Source of the DNA: Candidatus Undinarchaeota archaeon
Lineage (GTDB): Archaea; SpSt-1190; JASMDC01
Reading direction: 5' to 3'
NCBI GenBank assembly: GCA_964519305.1
Contig: CAZFHY010000002.1
Span: forward strand, 127,652-191,651
Length of the DNA stretch: 64,000 nucleotides
A model generated the notes under the pieces. It was not told where the DNA came from and searched no databases. It worked only from the letters and a program-made list of their open reading frames with translations. Shown one piece after another: positions 36,947-45,858 of the stretch (position 1 is the first letter of the stretch; every line of letters begins with the position of its first letter). The translations under genes and the position numbers were made by a program.

Positions 36947-39900
36947 CTACCAGCCGCCCCCGCCGGAACCATCGTCCTCGGCACCTTCTGGAGCCTGCCA
37001 GCCGCCGCCCTCTGCACCACCTTCAGCGCCACCAGGGCCCCATCCCTGCTGCTGGTCGCCCCAGCCTCCGCCTTCTGCTCCTTCGCCGCCCATACCGGGC
37101 ATACCGCCTTCCGCTCCTTCGCCACCCATGCCGGGCATACCGCCTTCCGCTCCTTCGCCGCCCATGCCGGGCATACTGCCTTCTAATCCCTCGATGCCGC
37201 CACCTATCGTTTCCGCGCCGGGCGCCTCGCCCTCTTCGTCACCGCCCTCACCACTGACGTAGTCGGGGACCTCGGTGTCCTCAAGGTCCTCTGCAGTGGT
37301 ACCGCCACTCTGAAGACCCGAGAGAACGGCATATACACCGCCGCCCAGGATTGAGATCGACACAAGTCCAACCATGGCTATCAAGAGCCAGTTCGTGTCC
37401 TCGGCCTCCTCAAGACCGATAGGGCCAGCGACGGGGGGTGGTGTTGCCTCGACCTCCTTGGCGTCGTACAGCACGTCCTTCGATTCCTTGACATAGGAGT
37501 GCGCCACACCATCGAGGTCCACGAAGAACACATGGGTCCTTGATTCGGGGAAGTCGATGCGCCCGGTCATGCTGTTCTTGGCGCCTTTGTACGTGTAGGA
37601 ACCGAGTTCCCTGAACGTGCGAAGTATAAGGGTACCATCATCGAGGATACGCTCTTTATCTCCAGTGAAGTTCATCTCGCTCGGCGGGATGAACATGAAC
37701 ACCATCTTGGAGGTGAGGTTCGGTCGGAAGGAGCGCACGTTGTAGTTAAGAGTTTCAGAGACTTGGTTGTAACGCTGTTCTACCTGGAACGATGAAATCT
37801 CGGGGCCCGGTAGGACGAGGGGGACGTCGATAGGGAATGACCGGGCGACGTATTCGTATCCCAACTCGTCAAAGCAGCGACTAGTGAGCGTGATACGCAG
37901 GGGGGCTTCAGTCCCTGTCCGTAAGATCTGAAGTGGGACACGCATGAGGTCCCCTGCGGGGATGGAACCGGTCCCGCTGCATGCTTCGACGCACTCGAGC
38001 CCGTCTGATAGGGTGATATTGAGCTCCAAGTCTACGGCAGTACCCTCGCCGTGATTGAACACGATTGCCTCAAGATTCACTTCTTCGGTGGTGTTGTAGT
38101 CGTTCTTGTCCAGTAGCCCGATGATCTCGATCTTGGGGAAAAGACCGAAGTGGGCGGGAGCGGCGTAGAACACATCTGTGTTGTTTGCGAGGACCTTGTG
38201 GCTCTTGAGGTCCTGGTCCATGTAGGTCACCTTAGCAGGGGGAAGCTCGAAGCTACCCAGGGAGTAGGGTGTGAGAGTTAGGTTGACGCTCGTCGCCTCG
38301 CCGGCGAGGAGATCTCCGTTCCAAGTATATTCTTCCCCCCATTTCTTACCTTCGAAGAAGTCGCTGCCCACGGCGGACGTTACGGTGACGTTGTGGGCAT
38401 CGCCTTCACCGATGTTCTTCACAACGAGTGTGAAGTTCATACCGCCGAACATCGTTGTGGCGTTAGCCTTGCTCTCCAGTACCTTGAATTTAATTTCATT
38501 GGATTGGAACTCTTGGTTAAGGCCACCAACGGAGAGGAGAACCCGGGTGGGATCTATAGTGAAGTTACCGGTCCGGATCGCACGCATTTCGTAGATGTAC
38601 TCGATGGTCCGGCCTTCCTTGATTCCAGGGATGTCCCTGAACCGGGCGGTGTGGTCGAGGAACTCAAGGGTTTCGGACGTGGGCTCCACGCAGGTGATGG
38701 CGATGTCCTCGTCGAGGTTGTTTGTGACGTGCACGTATGCACGGACGATGTCACCTACAGCAGGATTGAGGTCCGATAGCGACTTGAGCACGATTACGTC
38801 GGGAGTCTCTCCCATCTCCTTCGCTATCTCACGTCGGAGAAGGGCGACCTCGCCCTTAATAATGCGCGAGAGCTTGATATCAGGATCCTTCTCGGTGAGC
38901 ACTACTTCCATACGCTTGGCCGAGGCGTTCACGAGGAACTTGTTCTGATTAGCGTCAAAGTACAGAGTGAGGAGGGGCGGGTAACTTGTTTCACCCCCGT
39001 TCTCAGGTGCCTGCATATCGTAAGTGAAGTTGGTAACTCCCTTGGCGGGGATGGTGCCTGAGAACCCCTTGTCCCCTTGGACGAAGAGAAAACCCGGTGG
39101 GAGCACCTCGTTGAAAATGACATTGTGCGCGGGAACTGAACCGACGTTCTTAACGAGGGTAGTGACATTGACGACCTCGCTGGTCATGGGGGTGGCGTCG
39201 GAGAACTCCCGTTCCACGATGATCTTGGGGCAACCGCAGTCTTCGCAGCAGTAGATCTTCCCGGGTGAGGGTGGCTGGCCAGGAACTTGTCGTTCCTCCA
39301 GTTCAGAGCAGATGTCGTCGCCGCAGAGGGGGCCGATGGGGAAGGATGGGAACCTCGCCGAATTGTGCCTTGTATCTGAGATATAGCTGCCCTCTTCATT
39401 GATCAGGGACAGATCCATAGGCCGTGATGCATTGACAAGGGTGGTGATGGTCAGGGTGTCCGCCTTCAGAAGACCTATGCGATTGTATCCTTCTTGTACG
39501 CGATCGAGCACCGTGTGGTCACCGCAGAACATGAGCCCCCCGATAGTAAGATCGTTCGCACATACTGTCTTGATCCCCAGATCAAAGATGGCCGTGCGGT
39601 TACTGACCTTGAGCGTGTACTGGTCGTCCTGCTTGGTACGGAACTCAATCCAACGAACAGATTCGTTGGATATGAGGATAGGGGGTTCTGGCTCGACCTG
39701 ACTCATCCCGAACTCGCGTATGAAAGGGACCAATGAATCGAGTTGATCTTGGAGTTTTCGCAGTGTGAGGATGGATAAAGGCCCTTTAGTGTACACTTGG
39801 GCGGTACCGTTCAAGAATGCTCGATAGTAGTACTCCTGATTGCGCCAATGGACCCATCGTCCCTTCTCAAGGCCGAGGATATCCTTCTTCTTGACCTGCT

Positions 39901-41458
39901 CGACCAGCGAAGTGAAGTTGGTATCGGTCAGGGTTACCTCTAGGCCCAAGAAGGCCGTAGGCGCCTTGGTAACGTTCGGGCTTACGCTCTGTTTTCTGAT
40001 TTTCGCTTCAATCTCAGTGATGGTAGGGGGTATGGGATTGCGACAGAGGACCAGGAACCGCGATGTACCTTCGAAATCGGTCGAGATTCGGATGTCCTGG
40101 GTTTCGATGTCCTGGGTCTCATGATGCTCGGTCTGTACGATATAATTAGTGAGGTTGAAGTAGACCTCGGAAGGTGTTGAGAACGTGACGTTCTCCAGGC
40201 TGAAGCCTGAGCCGCCGGTGTTGCCAAGTAGCTCAAGGGGATCGCATCGTGAAAGGTCCATATGGAACGAACCGTCACCTTCCACCTCGATATCGTAGAA
40301 CGTTGACTCGGTACCATTCAACGTCGCCAGATCGAACACGACTCCTTGGCGGATAGGTATGACGCGGTTAATGTCCTTCAGGTGCTCCTTGAGCTTATCG
40401 AGTAGTAACTTATACCCTAGTGAGGGTGAGGTGAAGTTGAAATTATCTGATAGCCGAATTCCTGATCCCTCGTTTTGGGCGTTTGCACTTATGATGTTGA
40501 CAAGGTCAATACGAAGATATCCATCCCGTCGATCCTCGAACAGGTAGTATCCTTCAGTGGCCGGCTGTCGCCAGACAAGCCGCTCATCGGTTCGTTCGAT
40601 GATGTCCCCCTTTGTCACGAACGCCTCCTCGAGGTCACGAGGATTAAGGGCGGTATCCGTGAAGGCCCATAGTGTATAATTGGTATCAGTAATGTTGAGA
40701 GAGCGGAGGAATACATCAACGATCGTATATCCCGGGCCGTGTTCGGTGGCGAAGAGCGAGGGATTGAGTGTTACGGCCTCACGCCATGGTGCCCATGCCA
40801 CAATCCCTGTGTTCAGACCCGTTCCGAGGTCAAGAACGGTAACTGCTTCTTTTTCTTGTACTGTTGTTAACTTGCTTCCGATGAAGCCGAGAAGGGTACC
40901 ATAACCGAACACGAATCCTTCTTCCAGTGGTTCCCGTTCCTCGTCGTAGAACCGTACAAGGAGGGTGTGGTTTGTATTAGGCCGTTCCCATTCGTCTAGC
41001 CTGACGACGTACTTATAGTCGTCGCGGCTGATCGTGGTCGGAACATCGATGGTTTCTGTGCGCTTTCTGTAATAGACACGCCAGTAGTCACCCCATGACC
41101 ATCCTCCCTTCCCGGAGCCTCTGCAAGGTTCAACGTATTCGACGACAACTCCATCGTCGTTAATCCTCGCACCTGTGCACAATGAGGAATAGACGGATAG
41201 AATGTGTTCACCCGGAGTGACGTTCACTCGGATGAGGTTGGGAACCGTACGCTTGTCGTCCAGTTCTATAGATTTATACTCCGTGCTCGATTTGACGAAC
41301 AAGTCGTCGATCTGAATAAGGACATCAGCGTTCTCGAACTCCCTGTATGAGTTGTTCACATAGCCCCAGATCTGTATAGGGAATTCTACGTGGTTATCCT
41401 CGGCCACGGCCGATGATGTAATGATTAAAAGCACCATGAAAAGGTGCAAGTACCGCAT
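36947..41458 (-). CDS. Large cell-surface protein (~1500 aa): signal peptide, Ig-like DUF11/BatD-type modules, C-terminal TM helix and low-complexity tail
   Basis: Signal MRYLHLFMVLLIITSSAVA; repeated V.N.G...A.NV modules; many NxT/S sequons; TM helix near the C-terminus. Confidence 0.8.
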   Translation of the reverse strand: MRYLHLFMVLLIITSSAVAEDNHVEFPIQIWGYVNNSYREFENADVLIQIDDLFVKSSTEYKSIELDDKRTVPNLIRVNVTPGEHILSVYSSLCTGARINDDGVVVEYVEPCRGSGKGGWSWGDYWRVYYRKRTETIDVPTTISRDDYKYVVRLDEWERPNTNHTLLVRFYDEEREPLEEGFVFGYGTLLGFIGSKLTTVQEKEAVTVLDLGTGLNTGIVAWAPWREAVTLNPSLFATEHGPGYTIVDVFLRSLNITDTNYTLWAFTDTALNPRDLEEAFVTKGDIIERTDERLVWRQPATEGYYLFEDRRDGYLRIDLVNIISANAQNEGSGIRLSDNFNFTSPSLGYKLLLDKLKEHLKDINRVIPIRQGVVFDLATLNGTESTFYDIEVEGDGSFHMDLSRCDPLELLGNTGGSGFSLENVTFSTPSEVYFNLTNYIVQTEHHETQDIETQDIRISTDFEGTSRFLVLCRNPIPPTITEIEAKIRKQSVSPNVTKAPTAFLGLEVTLTDTNFTSLVEQVKKKDILGLEKGRWVHWRNQEYYYRAFLNGTAQVYTKGPLSILTLRKLQDQLDSLVPFIREFGMSQVEPEPPILISNESVRWIEFRTKQDDQYTLKVSNRTAIFDLGIKTVCANDLTIGGLMFCGDHTVLDRVQEGYNRIGLLKADTLTITTLVNASRPMDLSLINEEGSYISDTRHNSARFPSFPIGPLCGDDICSELEERQVPGQPPSPGKIYCCEDCGCPKIIVEREFSDATPMTSEVVNVTTLVKNVGSVPAHNVIFNEVLPPGFLFVQGDKGFSGTIPAKGVTNFTYDMQAPENGGETSYPPLLTLYFDANQNKFLVNASAKRMEVVLTEKDPDIKLSRIIKGEVALLRREIAKEMGETPDVIVLKSLSDLNPAVGDIVRAYVHVTNNLDEDIAITCVEPTSETLEFLDHTARFRDIPGIKEGRTIEYIYEMRAIRTGNFTIDPTRVLLSVGGLNQEFQSNEIKFKVLESKANATTMFGGMNFTLVVKNIGEGDAHNVTVTSAVGSDFFEGKKWGEEYTWNGDLLAGEATSVNLTLTPYSLGSFELPPAKVTYMDQDLKSHKVLANNTDVFYAAPAHFGLFPKIEIIGLLDKNDYNTTEEVNLEAIVFNHGEGTAVDLELNITLSDGLECVEACSGTGSIPAGDLMRVPLQILRTGTEAPLRITLTSRCFDELGYEYVARSFPIDVPLVLPGPEISSFQVEQRYNQVSETLNYNVRSFRPNLTSKMVFMFIPPSEMNFTGDKERILDDGTLILRTFRELGSYTYKGAKNSMTGRIDFPESRTHVFFVDLDGVAHSYVKESKDVLYDAKEVEATPPPVAGPIGLEEAEDTNWLLIAMVGLVSISILGGGVYAVLSGLQSGGTTAEDLEDTEVPDYVSGEGGDEEGEAPGAETIGGGIEGLEGSMPGMGGEGAEGGMPGMGGEGAEGGMPGMGGEGAEGGGWGDQQQGWGPGGAEGGAEGGGWQAPEGAEDDGSGGGGW
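37068..37183 (-). repeat. 36-bp coding tandem repeat, ~3 copies (MPGMGGEGAEGG)
   Basis: Unit ccgccttccgctccttcgccgcccatgccgggcata with synonymous variation and no spacers. Confidence 0.9.
40091..40120 (-). repeat. 15-bp in-frame tandem duplication (ETQDI x2)
   Basis: gatgtcctgggtttc followed by gatgtcctgggtctc. Confidence 0.8.
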
Positions 41459-41481
41459 ACTATATCGAAGGACGGACAAGG

Positions 41482-41489
41482 ATATAAAT
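41482..41489. promoter_or_regulatory. Bidirectional TATA box (ATATAAAT)
   Basis: Lies ~22 nt from ATG 41511 (+) and ~24 nt from ATG 41458 (-). Confidence 0.6.
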
Positions 41490-41510
41490 GTGACTACGGA
41501 CCACAACCCC

Positions 41511-42860
41511 ATGGCCTTGTTCGGAACAGCGGGCATACGAGGTCCCCTCTCCAAAGTATCCCCTGAAGTATGTATGAACGTGGGAATGGCCCTTGCTACC
41601 TATATGGGGAACGACGGTAAGGTCGTTGTGGCTAGGGACGGTCGCATAACTGGCCAGATGCTCTTCCACGCTCTTACTTCCGGTATAATGGCCGGTGGTG
41701 TCGACGTGCTCGATGCCGGCCGCCTCCCGACTCCTCTGCTGGCATTCGCTTCCTATAATTATGTGGTGGACGGTGGAGTGATGCTCACAGCATCCCACAA
41801 TCCCGCTTCTGACAATGGGATCAAGCTGTTCACCCCTGATGGTAGCGAGTTCGAGCTCACCGCCGAACAACAGGTCGAGGAACTCGTGAGCGATGGTAGC
41901 TTCAATCTCGCCCGATGGGATGAGATCGGTACAATTGGTACCATGGATACTGTACTTGAGGAGTATATCGACTACCTGCTTGGATTTGTCGAATTGGAGC
42001 GTGAACTGCGCGTTGTAGTGGATTGTGCCAACGGCGTGGGTGCCTTGGTCGCACCACAAGTACTCCGCCGCATGGGATGTAAGGTCATTACTACTAATTC
42101 ACAGATCGACGGTTTCTTTCCCGGACGTCCCGCAGAACCAACGCCCGAGAACATCCGTGAATTCACTCAAGTGGTACGTTCGACCGGAGCGGATATCGGT
42201 TTCGCATTGGACGGCGATGCGGACCGAGTGGCAGTGGTCGACAGCGAAGGCACCATCGTGCAGGACGATGCTCTCATCAACCTCTTCTCGCGCCTAGCCA
42301 TCGAGAAACATGGTGGGGGCACCGTGGTGACGTCGATCAACACGTCACGGGCCATTCAGGAGACGGTGGAATCCGCCGGAGGCAAACTCAAGCGGGTCCG
42401 ACTGGGGGCGCTCCACGAGGGGATTAAAGATACTGGTGCCGTTTTTGGTGCCGAGCCGTGGAAGCTCATATTCCCTGAGTTCGGTGGATGGATCGATGGG
42501 ATATTCTGCGCTGCACGCATCGCAGCTCTAGTGAGCCGCGAAGGCTCGCTTGCAGATCTCGTGCCCCCGGTTCCGGCATATCCTCTTATCCGCAAGAACG
42601 TATACGTCACCCCTGGCACCCAGCCAGATATTATGTCCCACGTGCACGAGCAAATGCTCACGACGTTCTCAAATGTGGAGAGCATGCTCGATATCGATGG
42701 ATTGCGTTTGGACACTCCGGACGGATGGCTGCTGGTCCGCGCTTCTGGGACCGAACCAAAAATCCGGGTCGTGGCCGAGGGTCGAACGGATCGTATCGCG
42801 AACGATTATTTCTCGAAAGGGATGGGATTCGTCCAAGAGGCCGTAGGGAAGGCCGAGTAG
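41511..42860 (+). CDS. glmM: Phosphohexomutase (phosphoglucosamine/phosphomannomutase family)
   Basis: LFGTAGIRG, TASHNP (phospho-Ser), DGDADR and VRASGTEP motifs. Exact substrate is uncertain. Confidence 0.88.
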   Translation: MALFGTAGIRGPLSKVSPEVCMNVGMALATYMGNDGKVVVARDGRITGQMLFHALTSGIMAGGVDVLDAGRLPTPLLAFASYNYVVDGGVMLTASHNPASDNGIKLFTPDGSEFELTAEQQVEELVSDGSFNLARWDEIGTIGTMDTVLEEYIDYLLGFVELERELRVVVDCANGVGALVAPQVLRRMGCKVITTNSQIDGFFPGRPAEPTPENIREFTQVVRSTGADIGFALDGDADRVAVVDSEGTIVQDDALINLFSRLAIEKHGGGTVVTSINTSRAIQETVESAGGKLKRVRLGALHEGIKDTGAVFGAEPWKLIFPEFGGWIDGIFCAARIAALVSREGSLADLVPPVPAYPLIRKNVYVTPGTQPDIMSHVHEQMLTTFSNVESMLDIDGLRLDTPDGWLLVRASGTEPKIRVVAEGRTDRIANDYFSKGMGFVQEAVGKAE

Positions 42861-42914
42861 TCGCGCGACCACGATAGTTATATATTGCTTGACCGGCGAC
42901 ACTCATCCAAGCAC

Positions 42915-45773
42915 ATGGTGGAGCGAACGGCATTGATTCTCAGGGCACTTACGCTCGCCCTCCTCCTATCTATATCCCCATGTTTGGGGGTCATGATGGT
43001 GGACGGGGAGGGGACCCTGACCCTTGATATCGATTTCCGTTCCACTGAGGATATAATCGTCAAGGACTCCGCCACCCTTATCCTCAGGGACATGGTACTG
43101 GATATGAACCAGGCTTATGACGACGAGCTCGTCATCAGAGTGGAGGGGCAGGGCAATCTCATCGTATCCAACGCTCGGATAAGCTCTAACAAGCATCTGT
43201 TGCTCAAGGTTCTGGAAAGCGCATCTCTTGAGATCAGGAACAGTACGGTCCTAGTTGACGAGATCCGGGCCGAGACCACCGGAGCAGTGACCATTATTGA
43301 TGCATTCGTCCAATCCTTATTGTCCCTTAATGTTGAGAAGGTTACACTTGTTCGTTCTGTCCTTCCCGCTCAACGTATTGATATTATTGCCACCGGGGAG
43401 GCGAAGATCGATGGTTGTCCCGATGTCCGGAACCTTCAGAAGATGTCCGCTCCCGATATCAAGGTTCTGGACTCCGTCATTCTCACACAGGAAGTGCTTG
43501 AGCTCATCGCCACATCAACTAGCTCTGTGATAGCCAACCTTACGGCGACTGCTCCAGCCATCACACTAACGTCCAACCACGAGATGGAGGTCCGCGATTC
43601 CTCGCTCAGCGCTAAGGGAGATTCAAGGGCAACCCCGATTAACATATTGGCTCCCGTTCTCCGTGTATCAACCACGAGAATGAACGTCGCTGATGGCATG
43701 CAGGCATACATTCTACTCTCCGGTACGAGCGTCGATGCTCGGAACGTTACCATTACCGGTAGCTGTGACACCGGATGCGGTAATATCACACTCAAGGTGG
43801 ATGGTAACACGCTCATCCTATGGTCCCTCATGGCCAACCTCAGGGGAGGTTCAGGAAACACCGGGACCGCCGAGAACGGCGCCAATGCTACGATCATCAT
43901 CGATGGTACTCGGCTGACCGCTAACGATATCACCTTCACTATCGAAGGTGGGGACGGTGGGGAAGGCCTACTGGTCGGCGGAAGTGGCGGTAACGCGACC
44001 CTCCAAATACTGGTTGAAGACCTCACACTGGACGAAGCGCTAGTAACCCTCACGGGTGGCGATGGGGGTGATGGAGGCTTCGATCCCGGTACGGAGCTCA
44101 GGATCGGTGGCGATGGTGGGAACTCCACGTTGATAGTCCAAGCTGAATCATCGGACATTATGGGCCTCACATACAACGGTCTTGGCGGATATCCTGGAGT
44201 GGCCGGCAAGGGTCCGGGCGTCTGCGGGAACGATCTTTTGATGATCGATGCTGAAGATATCCATCTGTCGGATTCATCAGTCGATAGCAACGGCGGCAGA
44301 GGACGTGCTCCCAACTATATGCGTAAGGATAGTCATGGTTGCGATGCGAACTTGCTGATCACTGGTGACACGGTCATGCTCGAGCGAAGCACCCTACGGG
44401 CATCTGGTGGAGAATGTGCACCCTCTGTCGAGTGGGCTGCTCTTGGTGGGAATGGTCTCCTGACCGTCAGCGGGAAGCAAGTGAACGTTTCGGACGTCAC
44501 CGTTCGCGCTAATGGTGGTTCGGGTGATAGGGCCAAGGAAGAACCCACATTCCAGCCCAATGGGGTCGGTAACATCACGATAGACGGGTCCGTATCCTTG
44601 AACGTGAATACGATGGACGCGACCGCCAACGTCCACATAGAGTCCAAGACAGGTACCATTCGTGACATGACGGTGAAGGGTGATTCGGTCCTTGGTGGGG
44701 GCCTCTCTCTTATCAATTCCAAATTCAACAACGCGCGCTCCCCTCTATTAGGGGATATCAGCTTCACCTCGCTGGACCGGTACGTGTTCTTTTTGGAAGT
44801 GATTTACTATCTGGATGTCACTGTGAAGGATGGAGAGGGTAAGGCCTTCCCGGGAGCACGGGTGGCCCTGTACGAACCACTGGAGTCCGAACCTGTATAC
44901 TTGACCCATACCGATAATAGCGGGTTTGCCCGTGTGGAGGCCAGGGCAGAGAGGATTAACCGCAAGAAGGACAACTTCCAAGGTAACTTCCGGGTAGTCG
45001 CGACCGCCTCTGGCTCGAAGACCGAGCAGGGACTCATCCTTGACGCATCCAAGACATTGACCCTATCCCTGGAAGCGGTATATAATCCAATATCCACCCC
45101 GACCCCTGAACCGATACCTGACGGGAATGGTACGGGCCCTACCACCACACCCGTCATCGATGTCGCGATCCCATCTCCGTTCCCCACACCTTCGGCCCGT
45201 CCTGTGACTGCGATCACCGCTACACCGCCCCCCGATCCTGCTGATATGGCAGCACGTGCGCGCGCACTAGTAAAAACCCAGCCCCTGCGAGCGCTCGTTA
45301 TGGCCGATGAAGCACTGAATGCCGATCCTACGAACCGACGAGCTCAACTCCAGCGAGCAGCCGCGCTCGAAGCCCTGCAGCGATACGGGGAGGCGCAGCG
45401 TATGTATGAGATAGTCCTCATCGAGGATCCTGGTGATGCTGACGTACGCGCTCGTGTCGAAGAGACCAAGGTCAAGGCTCAGGAGGTATCAGCCATGGCT
45501 GAGGCGGGCGAGGCGCCGGAGGATGCTGCAGGTGCGGATACATGGACAATTATCATGCTCTTGGTTGGATTGCTGGTCATTGTATTCATTATCGGGGTAG
45601 TCATGGTGGTCATGTCGAACCCCGCTACGCAGGATCGCGAAACAGAAGCCATCCGCTCATTTGCACTCCAATGGGCTCAGCAAGGATACACACCTGAGCA
45701 GATCAGTGAGTACCTTCAGGGCATGGGGTATCCGGTTGAGAAGATAGATAAGGTAGCCCAAGAGATGCGTTAG
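42915..45773 (+). CDS. Surface protein: beta-helix with Gly-rich loops, Pro/Thr linker, TPR, TM helix and small cytoplasmic helical domain
   Basis: Signal peptide; repeated GGxGG-x-GGxGGN.T..I units; PTPEP/PSPFPTP linker; TPR-like helices; TM helix. Confidence 0.75.
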   Translation: MVERTALILRALTLALLLSISPCLGVMMVDGEGTLTLDIDFRSTEDIIVKDSATLILRDMVLDMNQAYDDELVIRVEGQGNLIVSNARISSNKHLLLKVLESASLEIRNSTVLVDEIRAETTGAVTIIDAFVQSLLSLNVEKVTLVRSVLPAQRIDIIATGEAKIDGCPDVRNLQKMSAPDIKVLDSVILTQEVLELIATSTSSVIANLTATAPAITLTSNHEMEVRDSSLSAKGDSRATPINILAPVLRVSTTRMNVADGMQAYILLSGTSVDARNVTITGSCDTGCGNITLKVDGNTLILWSLMANLRGGSGNTGTAENGANATIIIDGTRLTANDITFTIEGGDGGEGLLVGGSGGNATLQILVEDLTLDEALVTLTGGDGGDGGFDPGTELRIGGDGGNSTLIVQAESSDIMGLTYNGLGGYPGVAGKGPGVCGNDLLMIDAEDIHLSDSSVDSNGGRGRAPNYMRKDSHGCDANLLITGDTVMLERSTLRASGGECAPSVEWAALGGNGLLTVSGKQVNVSDVTVRANGGSGDRAKEEPTFQPNGVGNITIDGSVSLNVNTMDATANVHIESKTGTIRDMTVKGDSVLGGGLSLINSKFNNARSPLLGDISFTSLDRYVFFLEVIYYLDVTVKDGEGKAFPGARVALYEPLESEPVYLTHTDNSGFARVEARAERINRKKDNFQGNFRVVATASGSKTEQGLILDASKTLTLSLEAVYNPISTPTPEPIPDGNGTGPTTTPVIDVAIPSPFPTPSARPVTAITATPPPDPADMAARARALVKTQPLRALVMADEALNADPTNRRAQLQRAAALEALQRYGEAQRMYEIVLIEDPGDADVRARVEETKVKAQEVSAMAEAGEAPEDAAGADTWTIIMLLVGLLVIVFIIGVVMVVMSNPATQDRETEAIRSFALQWAQQGYTPEQISEYLQGMGYPVEKIDKVAQEMR

Positions 45774-45858
45774 ATCGTATCGTAATAGTAGGGCAATTCG
45801 TCGATGGATCGATCGGTCCTGAAGTCTGATCCCAGTTGGTCCCGGTAGCGTCGTTCCC

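Noticed and set aside
37068-37183. 36-bp repeats as a CRISPR array
   Set aside because: The units are contiguous with no spacers, lie in frame within a CDS and vary at synonymous sites. No cas genes are present.
41421-41554. Overlapping extended starts of the surface protein and the phosphohexomutase
   Set aside because: The signal peptide and LFGT motif indicate starts at 41458 and 41511 around a shared TATA box.
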